Assembly: GCA_965198115.1 (NCBI GenBank)
Contig: OZ240241.1
Span: 6,112,001-6,176,000 of the forward strand
Reading direction: 5' to 3'
Length of the DNA stretch: 64,000 bases
DNA from: Candidatus Latescibacterota bacterium
Lineage (GTDB): Bacteria > Latescibacterota > UBA2968
The notes below the pieces were generated by a model, which ran no database searches, was not told the DNA's origin, and saw only the letters and a program-made list of their open reading frames with translations. A program made the translations under genes and the position numbers. Shown piece by piece: positions 51,894 to 62,840 of this stretch. Positions within the stretch are counted from its first letter, which is position 1; the number at the start of each line of letters is the position of its first letter.

Positions 51894-52125
51894 GTCATAC
51901 TCCTTACGATCGTCGTGGGGAAAGTCCCACAGCAGGCCTAAAGATAACGTATCGACCTACATCGGTCACGCCCAAGAATAGACGGTCGTAGGCTCTCCTC
52001 CGTGCTCGTCCCGCTCGGCGTGACAAGTCTTTGGTGTTTCGAGTATTTCCCCCGGATGGTTTGTGATTTGCGGCCCATCTGCACACAGGGCTAAAAAAAT
52101 AAGGTCCATCCACCGGGGAACGACT

Positions 52126-55100
52126 TTGCAGATCATCCTACGATTCTTGCTCCTTGTTTTCGCATCGACTTCGGCCGTGGAAGGCGCGGAGCCTTATACA
52201 CCGAGCCATCCGAATCCCCTCCTCGAGCCGTGGCGCTGGCGGTCATTCCCGCAGATCCGAGGACGTGAGCTCCAGTGTATGGCCGAAGATCTCGACGGAA
52301 ACATCTGGTTCGGCACCGAAGAAGGCGTCTGGCGATACGACGGCATTGGATGGTTCGAGTACGGGCCCGATCAGGGACTCGATGGAAAGCCTATCGTCGC
52401 CATTGTCGTCTCGTCTTCGAACGTGGTCTCCTGCGCGACGACACTCGGATTTTACACTTTGTCCGAGGAGCGTTGGACGCGTCGTTTTCCATCCGACGGG
52501 GACATGAATTGGTTCGTGAGGTCTCTGGCCATCGGAAACGATGGGAGCCTATGGGCAGCCACGACGTGGGGACTTCTCCACGTCGAGGACCATACTCAGA
52601 CCCTCTACTGCCTGGAAGGCGTCGCCAGACATCTTCGTAAGACAACACCTTTCGTCGAATACGTGCCTGTGCCCGCTGATCTGGCTGCCACCGAAACGGT
52701 CGTCTACGGCGAGCTGGGTATCGAGCGCATTGGGGACACCGTCTTGTGGGTTATATCCGGAAGCCCGGCCGATTCGGCCAACATCCACGTCGGGGACCGA
52801 ATCCTCACGACGGATTCCACAGGCAGTCACCGAAGGCTCACCATCGTCAGACAGGGTCTTGAGGAACCTATCGTCGTAGATATATACCCTCGTCAGGACC
52901 AGGGCGATCTCCGTCACTTCAGCTTTCACGATCTGATACTATCGAGGGAGAACACCGTCTGGCTGGCTACGTCGCCTGGCGAGATCATTCGATTCGATCC
53001 AGCATCGGGTCTCTGGCGTCGATATACCGACGAGGACGGTCTGACCATCGGTGGGCTCGTAACTCTGATGGAAGCCAGGAACGGATCCATTTGGGCGGTC
53101 TCCGACGATCGGGACGGTGGAATCAACCGATTCAACGGACAAATCTGGACATCCTTCCGGTTGTCGACCGAGGGGGGCATCGATCTCAACCCTTCCATTC
53201 TGGAAGCCAACGACGGAACCATCTGGGTCGGAGGCCACGAGGGAATCCTCCACGCCTATCGACGAGATAGATGGGAAATCTATCGATCGTCGAAAGTCCC
53301 TGTGCCGACCACCCGTATCATTGACCTTCTCGAAAGCTCGGACGGTGCACTCTGGATGGTAGGTCGTGGACAAGAACCCATTCGGTTCGACTTTGGATCC
53401 CGACGCTGGCTGCTAACGTGCGAGAACCTGAACTTCGCGTGTGAAGATCTCGAGGGAGGCAAATGGTTCCTCGAAGTTTCAGGCAAAGTCGTTCGAAAGA
53501 AGGACGAAACCTGGACCAGATTCGACTCGCGCGACGGTCTGATGGATACGCCGACCGGCATCATTGCGACTCGCGACGGATCTGTCCTGTGTGTAGGCAG
53601 CCACGCGCAGGCGGCGGCCTCGGCCAGATTCGACCAGGGCAATTGGCATCTTCGGACCTTTCCAAGCCTGTCGTGGGGCATCGACGGCCGCGCTGCATTC
53701 GAGGCGAAGGACGGTGCCGTCTGGATGGGCGCAGCCGTAGATTGGGATATGCGTCTGGGGCATCGCGGAGGTGTACTCCAGGTTTCAGGTGAGACGGTTC
53801 GTCACCACCGACCTCCCGACGTGTTGAGATACATCTATGGCATCGGGCAAACAGCGGACGACCACATATGGATCGGTTCTCGTCGTGGACTCCATCACTT
53901 TGACGGCACCTCGTGGAAGCAGGTATACACTCCCGAGACCCTCAGATCCCGCATCGACGCGGTCCACTCTTCCAACCGAGGAGATCTCTGGCTGGGGCAT
54001 CGATCCAGAGGCATCTTTCACCACACCCCCTCAGGATGGGACCAGATGGATGCCGGACATGGCCTCGCGGACAACGCGGTACGCGAGATCCTAGTGTCCA
54101 GCGATGGGTCTGTCTGGGCGGTTTCCGATCGCGGGACAAGCCGATTCGACGGGCAGACCTGGACCCCTGCATTGCCATCTCACTTGCAGCTTGGTCCCAG
54201 AGGTACGTTACGTGAAACTCGGGACGGGTCACTCTGGATCAACACGGCCTCGGAAACCTGGCATCGAAGGGCGTGGCCTTTCAACCGATCAACACGAGAG
54301 CAAGCTGAAATCTTCAAGACCATCCTACATAAACCAGATCCGAACCCTCCCGAAACCAACATCGCCTTCGCACAGCAGGAAGTGTCTCAGCCGGGCAACA
54401 CGACCATTTCCTGGACGGGAGCCGACCCCTGGGGAGAGACAAAAAGGGCTGACCTTCTGTTTTCGTGGAGGCTCGACGACCAGACCTGGTCACCATACTC
54501 TCCAGAAACGAGTCACCTATTCCAGGCGCTTGCCAGCGGGCCCCACCGATTCGAGGTTCGTGCACGAGACCGGGATTTCAACGTCGATCTCACCCCCGCT
54601 TCTATCACTTTCTCGGTCACCCCACCGGTCTGGCGACAAACCTAGTTCATCACCCTCGTCATTCTCTTCTCGTGCGCCGTCTCGGTCCAAACGGTGCGTC
54701 TGCTACGTCGGGATCTTGCGCTTCGCCGAAGCAATGAGGCTCTCCAGGAGAGTAACACCAAACTGACTGCCTCCAATCGCGAACTCGAGGAAACACGTGA
54801 TCAGCTCGTCATGAGCGAAAAAATGGCTTCCCTTGGCAATCTCGTTGCAGGAGTCGCACACGAAATCAACAATCCCATCGGTGCCTTCAACAGTGCGGCC
54901 GACACGCTGAAAAGATGCGTTGAGCGGGTCAAGGAAATCGTCAATCAGAGTGGCTCGACCGAAGAGATTCGCGAAAACAGTCAATATCAGCGTGCGGTCC
55001 AGTTACTGAACGACACGACGGACAACGCGGTCGTGGCAGGTGGACGTGTCACGCGAATCGTCGAGAGCTTAAGAAACTTCGCTCATCTCGACGAAGCCGA

Positions 55101-55557
55101 CTTTCAGCAGGCAGACCTTCACGAATCGCTCGACAGCCTGGTCACTCTCAAGGAACACGATCTCGGAGAAAGAATCTCGGTCGCGAAATCGTATGGTGTC
55201 CTTCCCCTCGTCACGTGCTATGCGAGCGAACTCAATCAGGTTTTTATGAACATCTTCAGCAACGCGGTCGAATCGATCGAGGAATCCGGCGAAATCACCA
55301 TCCGGACCGAACGGAGAAACGAAGAGGTCGCCATATCGATCGGGGATACGGGATCGGGGATTCCCGAGCAGGACAAGGATCGTATCTTCGACCCGGGATT
55401 CACGACGAAAGGCGTGGGGGTCGGTGTTGGCTTGGGGCTGTCAACCGCATACCGAATCGTCCAGAAGCACGGTGGACGTATCGACGTAGAGAGCCAAGAA
55501 GGCAAAGGGTCGACCTTCGTCGTCACCGTCCCGATCGTTGCCCGAGGGAGCGAATGA
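52126..55557 (+). CDS. Sensor histidine kinase with beta-propeller/Y_Y_Y periplasmic domain; one in-frame TAG at 54643-54645
   Basis: Repeated DGxxW blades, GPHRFEVRARD, PPVWRQT*FITL (TM helix), EKMASLGNLVAGVAHEINNP, LNQVFMN, DTGSG, FTTK, GLGL. Both ORFs are in one frame. Confidence 0.88.
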
Positions 55558-56306
55558 AAGCCATCATCATTGGTGCAGGTCGTGGCGAGCGGCTCATGCC
55601 ACACACGGCCGATGCGCCCAAATGCTTTGCCGAAGTCGGAAATCGCCGCATTCTCGACTGGGGTCTGGAGGCCCTACGCGCGAGCGATCTGACGGAGGTG
55701 GTCTTCATCGGAGGCTATCGCATCGACGCCGTCAAGACGGACTACCCCGATTTTACCTACTGTCACAACGCCGACTGGCCCGACAACAACATCCTCGAGT
55801 CACTCATGCACGCGGAGTTCCACATGGCTGATGGATTCGTCTGCGCCTATTCCGACATCCTTTATACAGGGCGCGTCGTCTCCAACCTGATGGAAAGTGA
55901 ACACGACATTACGCTCGTGTGCGACACAGAGTGGCGCTCTCGTTACGAAAAGCGAACGGAACACCCCGAGGAAGACGGCGAAAAGATGCGCGTTATCGAC
56001 CACGTCGTGGATGCGATCAACCGCACCATGCCCAGTGAGGATGCCGACGGCGAATACATCGGCGTCACGCGCTTCACCCCGGACGGTGCCCTGGCCTTGC
56101 GGGAGGCCTACCACGAGGCTCGGGAGACCTTCGGGAACGGCCCGTTCCAGGCCGCCACGACCTTCCGAAAGGCATATCTGATCGACCTCTACCAGCACAT
56201 GATCGAATCAGGTCACCGAATGCACGCATCCTTTACGGAGGGCGAGTACATGGAAATCGACACGAACCAGGATTTTCAAATAGCACGCGAAGAGTGGAAT
56301 CCATGA
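55554..56306 (+). CDS. Nucleotidyltransferase (phosphocholine cytidylyltransferase/LicC-like)
   Basis: MKAIIIGAGRGERL, PKC, YSDILY, GEYIG, EIDT; ATGA overlap with the kinase stop. Confidence 0.85.
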   Translation: MKAIIIGAGRGERLMPHTADAPKCFAEVGNRRILDWGLEALRASDLTEVVFIGGYRIDAVKTDYPDFTYCHNADWPDNNILESLMHAEFHMADGFVCAYSDILYTGRVVSNLMESEHDITLVCDTEWRSRYEKRTEHPEEDGEKMRVIDHVVDAINRTMPSEDADGEYIGVTRFTPDGALALREAYHEARETFGNGPFQAATTFRKAYLIDLYQHMIESGHRMHASFTEGEYMEIDTNQDFQIAREEWNP

Positions 56307-57364
56307 GTCGACCGATCCCCCTTTTCCCCGCCAGTGTCGTCGGGAGCATGCCCAGATCGCAATACGTTCGCGATCTGCTCGACCCCGACAAAAGACCTGA
56401 AGACCCGTCCGTCTTCGACAAGCGAATGAATGCGGCCGTCGACTACATCGTCTCCCTTCAAGAAGCGGCCGGACTCGACGTCATTTCCGACGGCGAGTAT
56501 CGCAGACGTTCCTACATCGGCATCATTGCCGACGTGGCCGACGGATTTCTCCTCGAGCGAAAGGACGGCCTGTGGTGGCACACGGTCGTCGATCGGTTGG
56601 AACACGCGAAACCCGGGCTCGCTGCCGCGGAGGCCGCCTACCTCAGATCGCAAACGGATCGATCGATCAAGGTCTGCCTGCCGTCTCCCTACTTGCTCGC
56701 CCAGCGGATGTGGGACCCCGATCGATCGGCTTCGGCCTATCCGACGCGCGTGGACTTCATGGATGCCCTCGTACCCATCCTGCGTCGCGAAGTCGAACTC
56801 CTTCGAGAATCGGGTGCCGACATTATCCAGTTCGACGACCCCCATCTCTGTCTCTTCGTCGACGAGAGAGTTCGATCCGGCTGCGACGATCCCGACGCTG
56901 AAATTGCCCTGTGTGTCGACCATCTCAACCAGATCCTGAAGGATGTTGACGGCATCATCCGCTGCATCCACCTGTGTCGACGCAACAAAGGACGGTCCGG
57001 CTGGGTCGGCGAAGGCGGCTACGAACCTATCCTGCCGGCCCTCCAGTCGCTGCAAGTCGATCAGTATGTGATGGAGTTTACGATCCCTGTCGCTGGGGAC
57101 CTGGATGTACTTCGGGAGTTGCCGGAAGGATCACACGTTGGCCTGGGGTGCGTCGACTGTCGTGGAGAGGTGATTGATTCCGTCGAAGATATCGTGACTC
57201 GGGTCGAGAGTGCGCTCGAACATATCGAGCCGAGCCAGATCTATCTCAACCCGGACTGTGGCTTCGCCCCCGGCAATGCGGCTGACATCCCGATCGATGA
57301 GGCCTACGCGAAACTGTGTAATGAGGCGAAGGCAGCTACGCTCCTGCGAGAACGACACGGTTGA
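56303..57364 (+). CDS. Cobalamin-independent methionine synthase II family (single-barrel MetE-like)
   Basis: VVGSMPR, QEAAGLDVISDGEYRR, IQFDDP, IHLCRRN, NPDCG (zinc ligands H, C, C); ATGA overlap. Confidence 0.88.
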   Translation: MSRPIPLFPASVVGSMPRSQYVRDLLDPDKRPEDPSVFDKRMNAAVDYIVSLQEAAGLDVISDGEYRRRSYIGIIADVADGFLLERKDGLWWHTVVDRLEHAKPGLAAAEAAYLRSQTDRSIKVCLPSPYLLAQRMWDPDRSASAYPTRVDFMDALVPILRREVELLRESGADIIQFDDPHLCLFVDERVRSGCDDPDAEIALCVDHLNQILKDVDGIIRCIHLCRRNKGRSGWVGEGGYEPILPALQSLQVDQYVMEFTIPVAGDLDVLRELPEGSHVGLGCVDCRGEVIDSVEDIVTRVESALEHIEPSQIYLNPDCGFAPGNAADIPIDEAYAKLCNEAKAATLLRERHG

Positions 57365-57977
57365 CTCGAATTGTCCGTTTACGCTCCGCAAGACCAGAAT
57401 TCCCTTCTCTTGCTTCGCCTACCGAGTGAACACCGTTCACACAGCTGCAGGCGGTTCGCCCACGTCAGCGACCGAACGCAAATACAAAGTCGATATACGG
57501 TATCCCCGGGAAGATCGTTTCCTGGCCGATCGTGTTGAGAAACGCGAAGTCCACCGTCATCTTGTCTCCCATGAAGCGGAATCCGTATGAGATCAGCTGT
57601 TCACCAAAGAACCAGTTCTCCGTGATGAATGCGATCCTGCGAGAAACACGAGACTCTCCACCCACCATCAGGATGGCCCGATCCGATCCATCGGCGGACC
57701 CGTATCCCAACCCTACTGTGAGATGGCGATCAGGAGATCCCATCGTGGACACACCGTAGTAGATCGCGGCTACACCGCCGTCGTCGAAATCGGCGTCCGC
57801 CGGTGCCCGCACCACAAGGGCTCCCGCTGCGAGATTGAAAGACTCGCTCTGGCTGAGTCCAACTTTGGGGTTGAAATACATCAGTTGATCCTGAAAACCG
57901 ATACCAGGAAAGATGGAAAGACCCCCACCGATCGTGACTCGATCTGTTACCCCGACAGTCACACTCGGGAAAAAAAA

Positions 57978-59397
57978 GGCTATATCCGGATCTCTCAACG
58001 AGATGAAGTGGGTGAAGGTGCCGTGGTTCCTGGCATGGGGGCGCGGTTAGAGTGTGCGGAACCTCTTCGGAATCTGCTCAGGGATGTTTATGTCTCCGAC
58101 GGTAAGGAAGATCATATCGTTGAATGCGTCGAGTGTGCGGAATCCGCTGGCTCGGTTCTTGACGATTTGGACGATTCGGTTGAGGCCTTCGGCGATGGCG
58201 TTGGTAAGACGCGTGTTCACGAATGCGAGGACGCCGAAGAAGTGCTGTCGCAGGGTCCTGACGAACTTTCGCAGGGGTTCAAGTCGACTTCTGAGTGCGG
58301 ACGTCGTCCAGCATTTCAGGAAGCGTTCGGCAGCCCAGGGCGCTTTGTATTCCCAGAACTGCTCGAACTCGTCCTTGAGTCTCCAGGCTCTATAGATTCG
58401 GTAGTTCGCCTTCTCCAGTGCTTTGAGTGTCCGAGTATCCCCTCTGGAGCGTGTCGCTGAGTGCCGGTAGAGGAGCCATCGGAGGCCCTTCATGGCTTTG
58501 CGCTCATCCGGGGCAGCTTTACGCCACTGGTCCTTACGGACCTCGTCAACGGCGGCATTGAGAGCCTTGACGATGTGAAAGCGATCGAGGACCAGCTTGG
58601 CATTCGGACAGTGTTCCTGGATGGCTCCGATGTAAGCTTCGCTCATGTCGCAGCAGGCCCACTCGATCTTGGATCTCCGGTAGGGACTGAGAGCCTCTGT
58701 GAAGAACCGATCGATCGTTTTACGCGCCCTGCCGCGGCCAACCCACACCACGCAGGAGCGGTCCAGATCGTAAACGAGCGTGGCGTACCTGTGACGCTTG
58801 GCGTAGGAGATCTCGTCGATCCCGATGGTTTTGAGCCCTCGGATACGATGACCTTCACGAAGCCGCGTGATGGATCGGTGAAGGAGATCCGACAGCGTCG
58901 AGGCAGAGATGCGCAGCAACTCGGACGCCGCCTTCTGCGTCATGGTCTGGCAGTAGCGCAGCATGGCATACTCGAAGCGATACGTCACCCGAGAGAACCG
59001 CTCCGCCCACGGAATCTCCTCGACCACACGACCGTGGGTAGGACACCGAATCTCCCGAGGATGGTAGAGAAGCCAGACCCTCCACCCGCACACCGGAATG
59101 TCACGCCACCGACGCGGATGGGGCATTGTGCGGACGATTTTACCTCGACGGCCGCACTCCGGACAACAACAACCATTCTTATGTGGCTTTACGGCGATGA
59201 CGAAACAGCTTCTCCCCTCAAACCACCAGCTGACAACACGGAACCCCTTGAATTTCAGCAGTTTCGATAGTAATCTGCTCCCGGTCATAGGTCGCACCCC
59301 CTTCGCTTTGATTGTCCTACACACACAACCAAGCGTAGGGAACGATCTATGACCTTGTCATTCTATAGTTTCACCGTTGAGAAACCCGGATAGAGCC
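57978..59397 (-). mobile_element. ISL3-family IS, copy 5 (1420 bp), intact
   Basis: Same IRs; flanked by A8 at 57970-77 and 59398-405. Confidence 0.95.
58047..59324 (-). CDS. ISL3 transposase, intact DDE
   Basis: 425 aa with IGIDE, CCDM, TNAIAEGLN. Confidence 0.92.
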   Translation of the reverse strand: MCRTIKAKGVRPMTGSRLLSKLLKFKGFRVVSWWFEGRSCFVIAVKPHKNGCCCPECGRRGKIVRTMPHPRRWRDIPVCGWRVWLLYHPREIRCPTHGRVVEEIPWAERFSRVTYRFEYAMLRYCQTMTQKAASELLRISASTLSDLLHRSITRLREGHRIRGLKTIGIDEISYAKRHRYATLVYDLDRSCVVWVGRGRARKTIDRFFTEALSPYRRSKIEWACCDMSEAYIGAIQEHCPNAKLVLDRFHIVKALNAAVDEVRKDQWRKAAPDERKAMKGLRWLLYRHSATRSRGDTRTLKALEKANYRIYRAWRLKDEFEQFWEYKAPWAAERFLKCWTTSALRSRLEPLRKFVRTLRQHFFGVLAFVNTRLTNAIAEGLNRIVQIVKNRASGFRTLDAFNDMIFLTVGDINIPEQIPKRFRTL

Positions 59398-59920
59398 AAA
59401 AAAAAGCATATGATCGGCAAAGTAACCTTCACCTTTTTCTAACATTCTCCCTGTTGGAGCGAACAGCAATCGGCTCCCGTTCGGGTTTGGGGCCAGTACT
59501 CACCATCTTTGAACCTTCGGTCCGAGACATCCCTGATGCTTCGAATCGACGAAGTCGACAATCGAATCACTCCGTGTCTAGTCCTGAAAGCGACGGTATC
59601 CCCTTCGACCTGCTCAATTCGACCGTAAAGGGTTGATCCATCATCCGTCTCGAGGAGTTGCAGTGTCTCCTCGTTTGCTACCGCGATGCCTATGTCCGCC
59701 AGGACAGGACACGCGGCTCCCGTCACGAGTGCAACTATCAACAGCGAGAAATGGAGCATCGAGATTTCATGGTGTCTCCTGACGATTATATATCCAACAC
59801 AAAAACAATGTCTTACTCGATCTGTGTACTCCATAACTTCGCACGACATCACTTGTCCGGACGCCCGGACAATTGGCATTATCTCCCCACGACCCCCCGA
59901 ATCAGACGTGGAGTTGCTTT

Positions 59921-60652
59921 TCAAAACGTCACACCCGCGTGCAGACCCGGATCTGAACCCCACCCCACCGGCCCGACACCGAACGACAATCGGGGCCGAT
60001 CTGCGTAGCCTCGTTCCCGGTTGATCCTTTTAGCCGATCTGTGTGCATCGATGGCCGCCGTGGCAAAGCTGGCCGCGTTGGACACCAGCCCGATGATGGC
60101 CCGACGCTTCGCTGCGCTGTAGCTTTCACCCCGGCTCTGATCGCTGAACCACATCACTTTGCTCACGAAGCTCCACGCAAACAGAAGACCGGCTTTTCCG
60201 TGCTCTCCGTTGTAGACCTGACCCGCACCGTCGAAAAGGAAGAGCCCGACAACTGTTGAGAGTGCAAGAGCCGTCTGAGGGTTCTTGCGACCAGGGCGCG
60301 AAGTCGGCGTGTTTCGGGACGTCACGTCATTCTGCTCTACGATCACGTTCCTCTGGATCAATTGCAGATCCCAATGAGGACACGACTCCGAATGTGCGTT
60401 GCGAACGACCTTGATGTCAGAAACGGAAACTCGAAACACACCCAACTGCGTTTCGAATGCGAGCGTGTCATTTTCGATCGAAGCGATTCGTCCCACGGAC
60501 GTCGAGCCATCCATCGTCGTCAGAATCTGCCCGACAACGTGATCCGAGAGAGCCATCCTACACCCGATCCCTACGTCTGCGTTGATCTCGGGCGCGGAGA
60601 AAACCAGAGCGACTATGGCTGTGGCAAAAGTTTGAAGGATGCGTGGGATCAT
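59921..60652 (-). CDS. Exported/membrane protein with DGST..GRI module and C-terminal TM2/DUF5683-like segment
   Basis: Signal peptide; KNPQTALALS...GAGQVYNGEHGKA...AAIDAHRSAKRIN; GGGAG RBS before ATG 60652. Confidence 0.7.
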   Translation of the reverse strand: MIPRILQTFATAIVALVFSAPEINADVGIGCRMALSDHVVGQILTTMDGSTSVGRIASIENDTLAFETQLGVFRVSVSDIKVVRNAHSESCPHWDLQLIQRNVIVEQNDVTSRNTPTSRPGRKNPQTALALSTVVGLFLFDGAGQVYNGEHGKAGLLFAWSFVSKVMWFSDQSRGESYSAAKRRAIIGLVSNAASFATAAIDAHRSAKRINRERGYADRPRLSFGVGPVGWGSDPGLHAGVTF

Positions 60653-60695
60653 TACGGGCTCCCAGTTGTGGTTGGGTGCGGTCACTATGGTCATT

Positions 60696-60711
60696 TGCAA
60701 CAGCCGTGCCC
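60696..60711 (-). promoter_or_regulatory. Sigma-54 (-24/-12) promoter
   Basis: GGGCACGGCTGTTGCA versus consensus TGGCACG-N4-TTGCW; ~45 nt upstream of ATG 60652; divergent from a GAFTGA activator gene. Confidence 0.8.
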
Positions 60712-60750
60712 CATCTCCGCCTAGCGAAGATTATTTCTCAACTTTATTAA

Positions 60751-60763
60751 AATCAATAATTTA
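60751..60763 (+). promoter_or_regulatory. IHF binding site
   Basis: AATCAATAATTTA matches WATCAANNNNTTR exactly, inside an AT-rich tract between the promoter and the UAS. Confidence 0.7.
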
Positions 60764-60810
60764 CAATTCTGTCTCTGGTGAGATTGAAGCCATCCAGAAA
60801 AAACTACTTT

Positions 60811-60851
60811 GCTGCGCAAGTTTGCGTGATATTGCTCCTGTCGCTGCGCAA
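60811..60851. promoter_or_regulatory. Candidate upstream activator sequences
   Basis: GCTGCGCAA at 60811 and 60843 (32-bp period); the first overlaps palindrome CGCAA-GT-TTGCG. Confidence 0.55.
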
Positions 60852-60869
60852 AATTCCCTGAGGGGCTTC

Positions 60870-62840
60870 ATGCCGACCGAATCCGAACTGCTCGTCAAGC
60901 TCCGAAAATCCATCCGTCTCACCGGTCTGAACGCCGACCTCGCGACACTCGACCCACTCCAGCAGTCGATGGTCGTCACCAACCGACTTGCCCAGACCAC
61001 CCTCCGCTATCTCACCAACGAAGTCGATGCCGTCGCCGGCCAGCGACTGTCCGAGGAGTTGCGGACGCTTTCGAGCCCGGAAGAGTACGAGCTTCTTTTC
61101 GATGAAAGTGGTTACACGTTTTATCACGTCGTTCAGTTTCTCTACGAATTTGCCAAAACCTACGCCAACACCCCCGATCGCGAGTATTTCTGCGCCGGCA
61201 TGGGACGAGGAGGCGGAGGACTCGAAGTCGCACCGCATACCGAATTCATTAGCCTGATACGTCTGCTCATCTCGGCGCTGCCTGAAACCAACGACGAGCA
61301 ACATCTCCAGGGATTGTTCCAGGAACTCGGCCCTACCTTCCTCGGTCGCATCTTTACTTCAGGTCTTCTCGAAATCGACGTAAACCAGGAAGGTGAGCGC
61401 CGCATCGACATCACGCTGCGGTATTCGGAGGGTGAACAGTTGGCGGAGGGTCTGCGCGATCTCGGTCACGAGCAAGACGCCGGTGCTTTCTTCATCAACT
61501 CGGCCCTACACATCCAGGGACTCCTGCAACTGGCCTGGATGACCTTCACGCGTGATACGAATTCTGTGGCGATGGAGAGCCTGATCGAGAACCGCGACGA
61601 AGAAGGCGTCCGGGAAATCGCGGAGACCTGCCGTTGCACGTGGCCTGTTCGTTGGGATGCGAGTGTCCAGCTCGACCGCACACCCGACGCCGAGATCATC
61701 TTCGCCCAAGCGCGGGGAATCATTGAAGGTCTTCAAAGGAAGGATCTGGAGTATTATCTCCAACGCATCAAAACGCTCGAGGTCCAGGTCCAAGCGTTGG
61801 AGGAAGGATCGCGCTTTCACGACTTGATCGGTGGAAGCAAGCAAATGCGTCAGGTCTACCAGACGATTCAACAGGTTGCAACAACGGGTCTAACCGTCCT
61901 GATTCGTGGAGAGACTGGAACGGGCAAGGAGCTCGTCGCCAGAGTGGTACATCAATGCAGCGACCAGCGTGAAGGACCGTTTGTCCCCGTTAACTGTGCC
62001 GCTTTTCCCGAAGCGCTCCTCGAAAGCGAGCTCTTCGGCCACGAGCGTGGCGCTTTTACGGGTGCCGACCGCGGAAAACCGGGCCGTTTCGAAATGGCCA
62101 GTGGAGGAACACTGTTTCTGGACGAAATCGGCGACACCTCCACGACGACTCAGATCAAGCTGTTGCGTGTTCTGGAAGATCAGACCTTCGAGCGAGTCGG
62201 GGGCACTCGATCGATCACGACCGACGCACGCATCGTGTCTGCAACGAACCGGAATCTCGAAGAGATGATCGCCACGGGTGACTTTCGGGAAGATCTCTAC
62301 CTCCGCCTCAACGTCCTGCCCGTCAACATTCCTCCTCTACGGACACGACGCGAAGATGTCGCGGTGCTCGCCCAGCACTTCCTCGATCGAAGCGCTACGC
62401 GATCGGGCAAGGAGATACAGGCCATCTCTCGTGGCGCAATGAAACGTCTCGTCAGCCATCCGTGGCCCGGAAACATCCGCGACCTCCAGAACGTCATCGA
62501 ACGTGCGGTCATCGTCCACGCGTCCGGTCGCACGCTGACCGAGACACACATCACCCAGGCCCTCGGTCTCCAGCCGAGCGAGGGTGTCGCGAACGATGAA
62601 CCCCTCAATGAAAGACAACGCCAAATTCTGTACGTGATGGATGGATCGGAGACCTGCGTCATCCAGGACCTGGTCGATCGAATCGGAACCACCGGAAGCG
62701 GGGGGGCGTCACGACGCACGCTCCAGAACGACCTCCGCAGTCTCGACAGCCGCGGCCTGGTCGCGTGGACCAAGCGAGGAAGCGCCCGAGCCTACCGCCT
62801 CACACCAGACGGCGAAGAAGCTGCCAGAATGAATGCTTGA
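60870..62840 (+). CDS. Sigma-54 enhancer-binding protein with non-REC N-terminal sensor and winged-HTH C-terminus
   Basis: [54 protein letters not shown]; tail LNERQRQIL...[16 protein letters not shown]. Confidence 0.92.
   Translation: MPTESELLVKLRKSIRLTGLNADLATLDPLQQSMVVTNRLAQTTLRYLTNEVDAVAGQRLSEELRTLSSPEEYELLFDESGYTFYHVVQFLYEFAKTYANTPDREYFCAGMGRGGGGLEVAPHTEFISLIRLLISALPETNDEQHLQGLFQELGPTFLGRIFTSGLLEIDVNQEGERRIDITLRYSEGEQLAEGLRDLGHEQDAGAFFINSALHIQGLLQLAWMTFTRDTNSVAMESLIENRDEEGVREIAETCRCTWPVRWDASVQLDRTPDAEIIFAQARGIIEGLQRKDLEYYLQRIKTLEVQVQALEEGSRFHDLIGGSKQMRQVYQTIQQVATTGLTVLIRGETGTGKELVARVVHQCSDQREGPFVPVNCAAFPEALLESELFGHERGAFTGADRGKPGRFEMASGGTLFLDEIGDTSTTTQIKLLRVLEDQTFERVGGTRSITTDARIVSATNRNLEEMIATGDFREDLYLRLNVLPVNIPPLRTRREDVAVLAQHFLDRSATRSGKEIQAISRGAMKRLVSHPWPGNIRDLQNVIERAVIVHASGRTLTETHITQALGLQPSEGVANDEPLNERQRQILYVMDGSETCVIQDLVDRIGTTGSGGASRRTLQNDLRSLDSRGLVAWTKRGSARAYRLTPDGEEAARMNA

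Larger units (their letters stand above)
57465..59770 (-). pseudogene. Exported, probable outer-membrane beta-barrel protein interrupted by ISL3 copy 5
   Basis: Signal peptide, DDGSTLYGRI module, then LLFAPTGRMLEKGEGYFADHML|FFPSVTVGVTDR...PYIDFVFAF. AGGAG RBS before ATG 59770. Further apparent indels near 59762 and 59490. Confidence 0.75.

Noticed and set aside
37120-54645. Genome-wide TAG reassignment (pyrrolysine or alternative code)
   Set aside because: Only two suggestive in-frame TAGs. TAG ends normal genes here (e.g. glpK, GT4), and no pyl genes are in the window.
60639-60869. N-terminal extension of the sigma-54 activator in the ORF track
   Set aside because: It overlaps the divergent gene start and its promoter elements; ATG 60870 with a GAGGGG RBS is more plausible.
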